Shown here in pieces: positions 23,199 through 34,560 of a DNA stretch of 44,143 bases (its first letter is position 1; every line of letters begins with the position of its first letter). The notes under the pieces are model-generated. The model did no database searches, was not told the origin of the DNA, and saw only the letters and a program-made list of their open reading frames with translations. Location of the stretch: contig JYFJ02003275.1 in NCBI GenBank assembly GCA_000934665.2, forward strand, positions 1 to 44,143, given 5' to 3'. The DNA is from Catajapyx aquilonaris. Lineage: Eukaryota. Made by a program: the position numbers and the translations under genes.

Positions 23199-26100
23199 CT
23201 AAACTGTACTACTTCTAAGACTATAGTATAATATCCTTTTCACTGTCCGTTTCTGACACTGAATAAAGCACCTCATAGATGGCTCAGGTTGAAACATTAC
23301 CTGGCAATAGTATCCATAGACATTTATTTTAGATATTTGCTCGCTTTTCACTATACAGTACAGTATATTACTTCCCATTTTGTTCCCACTATAATGCATG
23401 TCATTCTCGTTACATTTCTTTACATGCAAAGCTCCCTTTGTTTAGCTTTCCGTCTGCCACTGAAACCACTCTAGAATAGGCACACCCTAAGTAACCATTT
23501 CCAGGAGGAGGTAGTTTCATGACGTCACGTCCCTTAACAAAACAATCTTCCAGAAACATTCCCGCAAGACGGTTGGGCCCCCACCTTGTTATGCTTGGCA
23601 TGTCGAGATCCAGCTCACAGAAATTCAAGTGAAATGGGCGGCCAGTTTGTTGCAACTGACATGTCTTGAAAAGCAACACATGGCGCAAAAGGCATTTCCA
23701 CTGGGCTCTCCCTAACGAACGGCGTTTTGCAAACAGCCTCTCCCTCCTCTTGTGAGTGGAGAGACTGTATAAAACGACAACTAGCTTTCACTCAGGGGGT
23801 TCATTTTGCCTACATTCTTGGTAACACGCACACAAAAGATCTAAATTAAAAATAACCTTCCAGAACATAATGTTGATCCTGCCCCCTCTTTTTTTAAAAG
23901 AAAAATTATACCGGTATATAAAGGATCGTTGGTGGTATAAAAGAGAACTTTTTGGAAATTTTCCAGCCTTTTCCCGGCGTTCACCATATTTCCAGCGACT
24001 GTCGTCTTTTGGCCACCTCTCCAATTTTAGAACGCTTACAAAACTTGCTGATGGGGCTCTGATCCTGTCCCGCTAATATTAAAATTCATTGCCGCCGGTC
24101 ATTAGAATGGGATGAGAAGCCCTTATTTATTTAACATATTCATGTCGAAAAGAAGGACTTCTTTCAAGTTTTAATATGGACTCGCAAAGGCATTTAAGGC
24201 CCCCTTTTCTCCCCCTCCGTCTAAGTGAATGCATCTAAATGAATAATATTCTCCTTCATTACGTATTCACAATTGGAGAGAGGTCGGTTTCACGGTAGGA
24301 CGGATATAGTTAATCCCCTTGTAATAAGGGCTAATAAGTTTCGGGGAGCGTGGGGAGAGGGAGTACAGTGCATCGAACATGTGGAACGTCAAAATCTGGA
24401 TATGGAATAAAATTTTCATTAAAGAATTTTGGTGGGATAGATATGATGGGTGAGGGTAGAAAAATGGAAGAAAAAACAACAGGGGATAGATAAGAGGGTT
24501 TCTTACTAGCCTCTTACACCCACCACATCCGGCACCACTCTAATGCCGTGTTTGTAAAAGCGGGTGGGAGGTCTAAAAGAGCATAGCTAAAACAACGGGC
24601 TTTTTCGGCCAAATCCCTAGAGGTCTCCATTGGGTTAATTGGCCACTAACAAGAAAAATTTGCAGGGAGTGCAGGCACGCTTTTTACGGGATTAGCGCCA
24701 GTGCGACTCTTTGCCAACAATTTCTTGCAAGATTCGCTTCAGGACAAGTGGTAGCACTGATTGCGTCGGATTCAGCCTATAGTGTAAAGCAAATTGAGGT
24801 GTCAGTAACTAAATGCTCACCTGTTTTATTATGAGTAGGACCTAGCATTTAGTCACAAAAAGAACTTGAAGATTTTGTTTCACTGGCATAAGAAGGAAGT
24901 GAAGGAAATTATTTTTAAACCAATTTTAAATATAGATTATGCATATTGACTAGGACATTAACTGGCAAGACTTCGCTAGTAGTATCCCTAAAGCAAGAAT
25001 TAATGTTGAGATTTGCCTGCAAAACTTGCTGTTCACACCCATCACTATTCGGGCGTAAACTTGCTGTACGAGAAAGTGCTCAACTATACTTCACTTTCAA
25101 AACCGGCTTCTGGCATTATTTCTCATTTTGAAGGAGCGGAGTATACGTATACGTATAATGGGCGATCCCAACTTCATGGATCAAAGTTCAAAATAATATC
25201 CAGCACAACAGTTTTACTCCAGTTTTACTACAGTCATTAATATATGTATAGTTCATGCTTACATTTCCACGAATTTTGAGCTATTCTTTAGTTTATAACA
25301 TTCAGAATTCAATGAACTATAATAATGAGTGTACACGACAGAATATAAATTTTAAAATATGCATGACATTACTGGATGAGACATAACATATCACATATTA
25401 GTCCCTACACATCTTTATATGGGACGCAAAATCGTGCCAAAGCTAATTATTCCAGTGTTCCTGTCGGTTTTTGTAAACAAAACAGAGACTTTCACTACAT
25501 GGTTAAGCTAGAAATGTACAAATTAATGGCATCAAAGTCTCGCATTCTTGGTAACAAAGCGTTTTAAACCTCGATTTTGGTACGTTTAGTGACGTAAATA
25601 GAACTTTGTATGGAAGCGTATGCAGTATTAAAGTCACGAGAATGTCCCTTGGGGGGGGGGGGGGGGGNGGACGAAAAGAGTAATTGAAATTAAACAAATG
25701 AAATACTTGGTAAAGAATGGAAAACGACCGTAAAAAATTTGCAGAGGCGGAAATGTAATTTCGCTTTTTTTCAGTTACGGGAAAATGACCTACTGTGGCG
25801 TTTATTCACACTGTTCAAGTTTAAAAATACATTTGGCTGGATAGCTCGCACAGAATTTACTGTTATTAAAAGTTACCTTACGTTTACTGTTCTACCAGAT
25901 AATTATTGAGCTAATGATCTGTAGTGAACCATTACAACAGGGTGATACTAACGTTGTTTTTGTTTACAATATTGTTACCAACAATGGCGCAGTAGCAAAA
26001 ATACGGTAGACGCGTTTCGAAGGGAACTTTTTTCTGTCGCGAATCGCGCTGTTAATCTGAAGAATCACGAACTACGTGCCCTGAGCCAAGGTTTGGCCTT

Positions 26101-26410
26101 GACAATGGTAACATGCTCGATATGATTGCATTAAAATTGTGGACATACGGGCGCAGAAGCGTGCCCGATTTTGTCGCGTTTCCTGCCGCCATCTTATTCG
26201 AATGGGCTTTTCGGGAGCGCCATTTTCCTCTCACTTTAACTAGATGAAAAGGTCATTTCTAGGCCGAAAATTGAAAAAAGACAAACTAGATGCCATGCGC
26301 CAGATCATCTACTATATTTTGGTGCAATTTTCGTGTCGATTGCACCATTTTTGTGGCCGTACGGCCGCAGAAGCGTAGACATGTCGAATCCCCATATGCT
26401 GCCCATGCAT

Positions 26411-26865
26411 AAAGTGGGCTCTACCATGGCTCTACAGAGTCGATCCGACTCGGAGGCATCGGACACCCTCTTCAGACAGAGGTCTGCTGTTCGATGTCCG
26501 ACGACCAATGTTCCAAGTTCGAAGGTGTGGGGGGGGACACACGTTTTTGTGGAGGGGAGTGGAGGGTGGGGGAAAAGATTGTTTACTTTAAAAAAAGGTG
26601 GAGGTGAAGGTGGTGTGGGGGGCAACGAGTTCGACTAGAAGACCCCTCTAGCCAATCAGAGAGCCGGGATGAGTCGAACAGTGATTCACACAGTCAATCC
26701 GACGTCTTACCTCGCCTACTCTCCCATCTCCGACCTGCCTAGGTGACTTGAGCTGGCCTCCCTGGCTCCGACGTCTGATCTGACACGGAATACCATTTAT
26801 ATAGTAGGTTCGATGTTCAAATCTGGTCGAAGTCGGAGTAGGAATGACTGTGTAGAGCCCACTTT
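26411..26865. mobile_element. Degenerate MITE (about 455 bp), possibly Harbinger-like
   Basis: AAAGTGGGCTCTAC (26411-26424) and GTAGAGCCCACTTT (26852-26865) form a perfect 14-bp inverted repeat. It extends to about 33 bp degenerately once an 11-bp duplication-like insert (CATGGCTCTAC) in the left arm is removed. TCCGAC/GTCGGA motifs recur inside. TSD unclear. Confidence 0.5.
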
Positions 26866-27007
26866 TTGGTACCGCGCCGCCTTAAGGCTCAACCACTTGT
26901 TCAGGATTTCCTATCAATCACGTAACTCAGCCTTTGCGGCATTTTTAACGACAAAAACCAAATTCTTACACCAATAAACGCTTGCCATATCAGACAAGGC
27001 ATAAAAC

Positions 27008-27213
27008 CAAGGGGGTAATCACTCGACTGAAAAGTGTACACTGGAGTACCAAATTCAAGGAGTACCACGGAGTAATAAAGAGTGAGGTGCCTGAGGAGTA
27101 CCAGGGAGTACCACTCACAGGACCTGTGAGTGGTACTCCCTGGTACTCCTCAGGCACCTCACTCTTTATTACTCCGTGGTGTACACCGGAGTACCGAAGT
27201 GATTACCCCCTTG
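27008..27213. mobile_element. 206-bp MITE with 8-bp TSD (hAT- or P-element-type)
   Basis: Perfect 16-bp TIRs CAAGGGGGTAATCACT (27008-27023) and AGTGATTACCCCCTTG (27198-27213). Exact TSD CATAAAAC at 27000-27007 and 27214-27221. GGAGTACC motifs repeat internally. Confidence 0.9.
27064..27180. repeat. Perfect 117-bp palindrome (58-bp arms, 1-nt loop)
   Basis: 27064-27121 is the exact reverse complement of 27123-27180, with a single A spacer at 27122. Confidence 0.97.
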
Positions 27214-30007
27214 CATAAAACAGCTTGAATTGTGCCTTTTGATTGAAAACGCACCGCGAGGAACAAGGGATTAGCAACAAGTAACCATGATAACCCATGA
27301 GAAATCTTGTGAATGTCACTAGTACAAAACCATGCTGCTAACAAAAACTTTACAGCTGAAGTGCGCACCTTTAATTTTTAGAAAAGTGTGACATACGTTG
27401 TATTGTCAAAAGTATTATCACTAAAAATACTCCGTTTTTTGTTACTTTATTGTCTCTACAGTAGTGAACTACTAATAATGTAAAATACTCAGGTTTCTCT
27501 AGTGAAAGGTTCATTCTGGTTGGCTAATTCACATTCCCACTCAAAATATTCCATCCGCATATTACACTAGAGTACCTGAAACCTACATTTCAGTTGACCT
27601 GGCTGCCTTCAAAAATACCTCATTCTCTCATCCTCTACAAATTTTCAGACAGCTTTTATGCCACATCAGTCTTTAATCTGCCCTTCCAAAAGACTCATGT
27701 TCACAAACGTTACGCAACATATTCATGTCCCCAGAAATATATTTCGTCCCGTAAAATATTCACACCTAACGCAAGTAAAATTACGAAACACCTGCTCTGT
27801 TTTTCACCTTTTCCCCAACAAAATTGCCTGGCGTCATAAAAAAAAAGAAAGAATGCTCAGCCCTTCCTCTAACAAGCTATCCCCAAAGAGATTATACGCT
27901 ATCCCGACCAAGTAAATATTGCGTGCTTCCAGAAATCTGGTGGCTATATTATGCGCGATAATTAATATCTCGCAAAAAATAGCGAATTCCGTAAATACAG
28001 CGGTCTCAGCTTCCCAAATTCAAGCCGCGAATCGGTCATTTTTTATTATCCCTCCCCCCTTCCCTTTCCCCCCCTCCCCCCCGCCTTCCCTCTCACACCT
28101 TCTCCTACCCCTCTACAAAAGCCAGCTCGTAGAAATTGGCGATTCATGAAGGCTCCCTCCCCGGTTCCATCCCCCTCTACCAGTATACCCCCGGCCCCGG
28201 CTTCCAATCTTGCCACCAGAAATTAACATGCTTGCCCATGCGAGGCAGAGCTGCGGATTTGCATGCCGGAGATAATGGTATCAGGAACTCCAGCCTTCGA
28301 TTTTTCGCGGGAAGGTAACAATATACATCTACCGCCACGCTCTCGCAAACGGCCACGGTATTTCAAAAAAAATAATTTTTTTTTGTGAAAGCTGGAAGAT
28401 TGTCAAATATATTTCGAAGGATGAATGTGTTGTAGCGGGTGGATGTCGTACCTTGTGACGCTCGGACGGGAGTCGATTTAATATTTTTAGCTATTAGATT
28501 TTATATCGCGTGTGGGAAAAAAGTAGGATGTAAAACTGTAACGTGTACAAAAAATTTCCAGCAGACTTTCTCTGGTTTGTAATCCCAACTTAGTCAATGC
28601 TGAATTTTCAGTACTGGTACTAAAATAGAGCCTGATGTTGCTATGGAAAAAATTGCTTGGAATGTAATAACAACTGGTCTAAAGGGAATCGAAGGATATA
28701 ATTTTCAAGGAGAATAAGCAGACTCCTAACTACTGATCTGTGATGATGATGTTTTTTCCATAATGGTCTATCTCGCACCTTATCCTTATGTTATATAGTT
28801 CACTCCAATTACCACTTCAGCCTGCACATGCGATAAGCCTAAACTGTTATATCAATTTTTAAGACAGTTAGTGTATTAGTAACATGCCTTCAGTAGTCTT
28901 AAACCATTTTCAGATGTGTACATCCATGTCCAAATTAATAATCATATAATTAGAATTGTGTATGAAGTTATGATTCCAGTAACCAATCACAACATAAGGC
29001 TCTGACTGTAAAGTCTTCCAACTGATTGATAGAGTGAACAATATTCTTTCCCTCCTCCCCTTTTGAACTATACCATCCCTTTAATAAAAGAGCATATTTT
29101 TCACTCATTTCCTTTTCCGTACACTTGTCGTAGAATTTCCCCTACTTTTTGCTCCTCCAAACCTGTTGGGTAATACTTGAAGCAATCGTCGAATTTTTCC
29201 ACGCCCAGTGGATGTCTTAGCAGTTACAAAGCGGCGGGGCTTAGTGGGTACACATTTTCAGGATTGGGACACTTGGCATGCCCTTCCAGCTCTACTTTCT
29301 CCCTTCTCCACCCTGCCCCCTTTCCCTCCTTGAAACCACACTGTCGAAAACCTAAACTCCGTAAGAAACCGACTCGCGGTGAAGAAGAATCCTAGGCGTG
29401 TAACAAGCGCCAACTTGTCTTGGGTCTTACATCCCCGAGTCTTCCGAACACAACTTTCTAAGGTAAGTACAATCCGTATTTTCCGTTCCATGTCTCATTA
29501 TCCGCTGGAATAATACATGAGGCTCCAATTACTTCGGAATGTAGACTGTGTCTCGGGCGCGAGTGGGAAAGGGAAAAGGGAGGAGGGAGTGAGGTAGGAC
29601 TGAGGTAGGGGAAGGCGGGGAATCTACTCTAGGACTCGCTGAAAACTTGTGCACTTGGATTGCTGCACTGACGAGTCAAAATAGTCAACTTCATTCGCTC
29701 TGCTGAGCTCGGCGAGACTGCAGACTCGGTTTCTTGTACCAACAACCTTAGACTTAGTGCTATGTTTTGATTTTGTTTTGGAGTGGCAGGTCTAATCGGA
29801 TCCAGTTCTTGATTTTGCTTTGCTAAATTTGGTCGAGAATGCCAGTGATATCTGAAAGTTGAAGGTGTGCACTCTGCCCAAGTTGACGGTCACAGCGGGG
29901 AGACCATGAAGAGTTGATTGATTAGTCACTCCCGCTTCGAATTCAAACTTCAGTCCAGACTTGACACAAATTTGAGGACTTTCTTTACTTTGTTTCGGTA
30001 AAGTCCT

Positions 30008-30656
30008 CAAAGGAGGAGGCACAAAATATATGGGCGAGTGGCCTTCCGTTCGATTTGCCTGAAAATTGGATATGTTGTGGCCCAGACCATCCTGATCAAT
30101 GTTAGATAGGGACATTTCGAGGTAGGACCTACAGGGAGCAGGCTAATGACCTCCGCAGGTAATAGGGGGAGTAGTAGACTACAATAAGTCTCAGGAACTC
30201 AATGGTTATTGCATTAAATTATCTATTAATCTTTATTACCTATTAATCTGGTTCAAATTCTACTCCTTGAAGGTTGTCATCTGGGGTTTCCTCCAGCTGT
30301 ACTTCAACATTCATTGGGTCAATGTAAGGAAGCGAGGTTTCTCTCACAGCAGTCTTCTAGCCTCTTCGATGAATAGCAATTAGCATGCTCCCTGTAGGTC
30401 CTACCTCGAAATGTCCCTATCCAACACTGATCAGGATGGTCTGGGCTGCAACATATCCTATTTTCAGCCAAATCGAACGGAAAACCAGAGCATATCCCAT
30501 ATGACCTTCGGAGGTCAATAGCACGCTCCCTGTAGGTCCTACCTCGAAATGTCCCTATCTAACATTGATCAGGATGGTCTGGGCCACAACATATCCAATT
30601 TTCAGGCAAATATAACGGAAGGCCACTCGCCCATATATTTTGTGCCTCATCCTTTG
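30008..30656. mobile_element. Non-autonomous DNA transposon with long modular TIRs (about 160 bp) and an extra tandem module in the right arm
   Basis: 30008-about 30170 is the reverse complement of about 30496-30656. A more diverged second module copy lies at about 30380-30482 (period 138 bp: CCTGTAGGTCCTACC at 30391 and 30529). AAGTC at 30001-30005 and 30661-30665 is a candidate TSD slightly offset from the TIR ends. Confidence 0.82.
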
Positions 30657-30824
30657 TGCCAAGTCTCTACTGAAGTTTGAATTCGAATATTTATGTTTTG
30701 TTTACATCTAGAGATCAACTCTCCTCCACCCCCGTTGCTGGGGCCATCAACTTCGGCAGAGAAACACACTATATGTAGGCATATTACTTTCATGTGCACA
30801 ACAGTTCCATATTTCTGTGGGTTG

Positions 30825-31181
30825 ATAGGGAGGCGAAGTGGCGCTGCGGTAACGTACGAGGCTACGAGCCCACGGATGTAAGGGTCCCGGGTTCGATACC
30901 AAGCCCGGGCATCCCCCCCCTTCATCTCGTGCAGAGTTGGGGTCGTCTCTGGCTTCGTCTCGGGTGGGATTCCTTGAGACTAACCACCCGGGGGAGTTCA
31001 CAAAATGTATCACGTTTAAGACATTGCACATCCCCTCATACTCATCCCCCCTTCGCTCGCGGTATCCGGGCGTTACGGAAAAGGACCACTTGTAAAGCTT
31101 GCATATCTGAAGCATAACCGTGCCAGATACCCAAGAAGGGCGGTGCACGAAACCCAATTATTATATTATTATATTATTATA
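30825..31181 (+). mobile_element. Full-length tRNA-Arg(ACG)-derived SINE (about 357 bp)
   Basis: Pol III A box TGGCGCTGCGG (30839-30849) and B box GGTTCGATACC (30890-30900). CT-ACG anticodon remnant (ACG 30864-30866). The head shares AGTGGCGC..GG.TAACG..CTACG..GGTTCGA with tRNA-Arg-ACG. (ATT)n-like tail at about 31156-31181. Exact 16-bp TSD ATATTTCTGTGGGTTG at 30809-30824 and 31182-31197. Confidence 0.92.
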
Positions 31182-31341
31182 ATATTTCTGTGGGTTGGAA
31201 ACCATGCAATTATTCTTACTTGGGAATATGATTAGAAAACCTACAATTTATTGTTACTCCTCACAAACTTTTTTTCATTTTAAAAATTCAACAAAGAACC
31301 ACATACATAGAGCGAACCGTTAAAAGCTCTACTGTAGAGGG

Positions 31342-31500
31342 CAGTGTTTCTCAATTTTTTTCGCCTTCCATCACTTTGTCGACGACTCACAACAATGAAA
31401 CTGTAATTCTACAGGTAAACACCAATGACTTAAATTTGTGATTAGTTTGCTATCAACCTGGAGGTTTCTCGCGACCCACATCTGGGCCACTCACAGCACT
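31342..31500. mobile_element. Possible eroded hAT/Charlie-like MITE remnant
   Basis: CAGTGTTTCTCAA at 31342 resembles Charlie/MER5-type termini, and GCGACCCAC near 31471 is a common subterminal motif of such MITEs. No intact second TIR or TSD; right boundary approximate. Confidence 0.3.
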
Positions 31501-32651
31501 TTGACCCTTCTAGAATCGGGCACCGACTATACACCTAAAAACCGGAACAACGTGTGAACGACCTTAGTCAAACTACACCAGATTACCTCTCCCGTCATTA
31601 TTTTCCTACCTGAAAGCCGCTATTTGACAAGAGTTAAGCATCTCCCTTTGTGTTCTTTTCTAAAAAAGAAAATATCTGAAACTTTTCTGCTCGATCTTCC
31701 TTTCATCCCTTTTAACCAAAATAAGGATCAGTAACCTACGATACCTGTTCACTACAAATACATCCGCTACACTCCCACGCCAACACAAACCTGAATAGAC
31801 TCAAAAGGAAATGAATACACAAGACCTCTCTATTCCTCCACCTTTCAGGGTAATGTGTGGGAAGCATCACAAAAAAATACCATAGGACATGACCCGCGTG
31901 GGCAATACATCATCCATATTTATGATTTTGGTCCATCCAGCATGTGTTCAGGTATTTTTCGGTACCCGCTTCCAAATGGCCTCACTGAATCTGGCGCCGA
32001 TAGAAGGCCCGGAGTCCCATAAAAATTTGATCACCGGGTGTGGGTGGTGTGTGGATAGAAGGGTAGGGGGGGCTAGGGGGGGATGTGACATAGCTGTCTA
32101 CGGCAGAGGTCCAGAGAATGCATAAAACATGGCAGGGAGGGTTGACCTTTTTACCCCAGCGGGGCCCAAGAGAAGGGCTTTGCTGGGTCAGTGGCGTTAA
32201 TGCGTCATTGCGGGGGCCCCCACCGACTGACAATGTCTGGAAGCGAGAGTTGTAGTAATTTATCAAAGCTGCATCGCTCTGTCCCTAGACTCTCCCCGTA
32301 GCAAACAGCCAAAATTCCTGCCCTCATCAACAGACGCGTTTTCCGCCATGTCTCCCCTAAAATCGAAACGGAGCCCAGCACAAAATCAGCCAATTCCAAA
32401 TACCAATTGGGGCCCAACACCACAATACTGCCAACAAAAGCATATAAAGAAAAATTACCTTCATCTTTCTTATCTTATGGTTGTAAATCACTGCAATTTT
32501 TATTGTTCCGGCTGCAACCTTGTTATCGATGGATTTTTTTTTTGGTGTGTATTTCCCTATAGACTTTCATAAATCATAAGTGCGATACCTAGCCGAATAA
32601 TCCGAGTCCCTTTGCTTTGATTTTCCGGCGGAATGGGTGGCTGTATGTTTG

Positions 32652-32837
32652 ATGGAGAGCAAGCGCCGGCGCCACTACAACCACTTCAAGGGAGCCGCAT
32701 GCCCCCTCCAAACCTTCTCTGGCATCCACCAAAACATCGCTTTCCATCACGACATCCTCCCTAAAAAAATTGTTTCCCTCCCTACCTCCCCCCCCCCTCC
32801 GAAGCAATCGCCGTCCCGGATTCAAACACGGCTATAA
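32652..32837 (+). CDS. Candidate small ORF (61 aa, MESKRRRHYNHFKGAACPLQTF...), unknown function
   Basis: ATG at 32652, TAA ending 32837. 28 of the first 35 codons after ATG end in G or C, mostly C. The antisense frame (32589-32825) is also open and GNN-rich, as expected for a coding shadow. No recognisable homology. Confidence 0.2.
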   Translation: MESKRRRHYNHFKGAACPLQTFSGIHQNIAFHHDILPKKIVSLPTSPPPPKQSPSRIQTRL

Positions 32838-34454
32838 AACTAACCGTGCGTTTCATCAACTCCATTTTCCAAAACATTTCCAACCGTTCGTTTTGTGTGG
32901 ACAGGACCAAGTTGGCACCGTAATTAATTTTCTGTGTACCAATGCGATAAGCATTGCGGACAAAGTTGCCTCTCTAATTGCGCCGCAATTGAAAGCACGT
33001 GTTGCTTTATAGATGTATTGTTCTGGTGCATCAAGTAGGAAAAACTGGGTGGCTGTCGCACACAAGGTAGAACCGGGTGCAATTTTAAAATGTACCACAG
33101 TCAGCCACCAGATTTTACGCCAAAATAGGCGCCAGTCGATCCGAAAACCAACCTGGCATGTGTATGAATGACGTCCTCTTAATTATGTTTCACAATAGAG
33201 ACTGAGTCCAAATAATATGGCTTCTGGGCATAGGGGCCAGGATTCATTTTGGACCGAACATGGTATCATACAGGTCCTACAGCAGGTGTACTGCCGGGAT
33301 AACGATAAAGGCTGGAAGTCAATTTGGGTAATTGTACAGTCACTTTTTTGATGCCTGATTACATAAATTTTAGGATAAGACACGAACCCATTGGTTTTTG
33401 CTGATATGCAATTATTGGTGATATTTTTCTCAGGTGTTTTTTTACTCTCAGGTACAAAATCGTAACTGCACAGCACATATTTACGTGCTTCTCTGCAGAG
33501 TGCTTAGTGCTCCCATATGGTTTGCATTGTTTCGTATTCCCAGGTGTACCATATGGTTACAGGGAGTATCATTAAGGGAGGCCCATTGGCTATGGCAGTT
33601 GATGGTATAATGGCCAAGTCAAACGCAGTTAACATTAGTTACAAAGAGCAGGTTGACATTTTCCAACTCAATTCGTCGCGTCAGATTTTAGTAGGGTTTC
33701 TGCATTGCCTGCGATGTATCAACTTAATGTCACGCGTCCAAAGTCATGGATTGGATAACCCTCGTGTCCTACACTGCATATTTTTTTCATATTCAGTTTG
33801 TCGTGATCAATCACTTCCATTACAGTCACTGTGTTTTAGATGCGCGTATGCTGAATCTTGCAATATTGTACACTTTCCTCATGTTTCTTCACAATACGTC
33901 CACTTATTTAATGTGTAATCATCCCCCCCCCCCAACAGGCCAAAAATACCATTATTTACTATCACTACAACAGTGTCTGGTGTCTTGCATTGTTATGGAA
34001 CTAATTATGACTAAATTAGCAACAACTCTAGAATGCTATTTTTTGGCCTCATAGTATTCATGCAGTCATCTGATGCCATGTTCAGATAATGAACTCATCT
34101 CGTTTCTCATTTCCTGCAATTACGTCGCTTTTCTAAACAAATTTTAGCAACAACCTTCAAATATAATTCAGAATTTATCATATCAGGAATCACGGCTTTA
34201 GTTTACACGTCACAGTCAAGAAATGTTGATATCTGACTTCATGGTTATTGATTTGAAATTAAACGCACTATTGCCGGCATAAAAGGTAGAAAACGCGTCC
34301 CTGACGCTTCCAAACCTCATTTTGTGAAGCTCCAAATTGACCTAATCTGCAAAATTGCCAGTGCGGATTCATTTCGCCAGCATAGATTCTACTCCGAGAA
34401 TCCAAATGACGTTGAATGCACACCTTATTGAATCATACAGATTGCACACATCAC

Positions 34455-34560
34455 CATGGAACTTTCTGACTCTTCCAGAATGAAAAAAATATTCATATTC
34501 GCCCACATGTTTACGAGAAGATTGATCTCCCACCCACAACCTTCCTTGACTCCGGTTCTT
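34455..34560 (-). pseudogene. Possible decayed PIF/Harbinger transposase N-terminal fragment
   Basis: Combining two minus-strand frames gives RLWV..EINL.RKHVGEYEYFF..LEES..KFH. By eye this resembles the Harbinger/HARBI1-type N-terminus (RxWVHxINxxRxxxGEYxxLxxELxxDxxKFxxYFRM). It needs frameshifts and the downstream DDE core was not found. Confidence 0.25.

Noticed and set aside
23509..23521. AGGTAGTTTCATG matching part of miR-196
   Set aside because: A 13-nt match only. The first base and 3' end differ and no hairpin is evident.
29325..29350. Minus-strand VWFQ as homeobox helix 3
   Set aside because: It is followed by GGK rather than NRR, and there is no upstream homeodomain pattern.
30380..30656. 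138-bp repeats (and the GGAGTACC repeats at 27.0-27.2 kb) as a CRISPR-like array
   Set aside because: No unique spacers of constant length and no cas genes. Both are explained by TIR transposon structure in eukaryotic DNA.
30828..30915. Functional tRNA-Arg gene
   Set aside because: The anticodon and acceptor stems are broken and the variable region is expanded. It is followed by a SINE body, tail and TSD.
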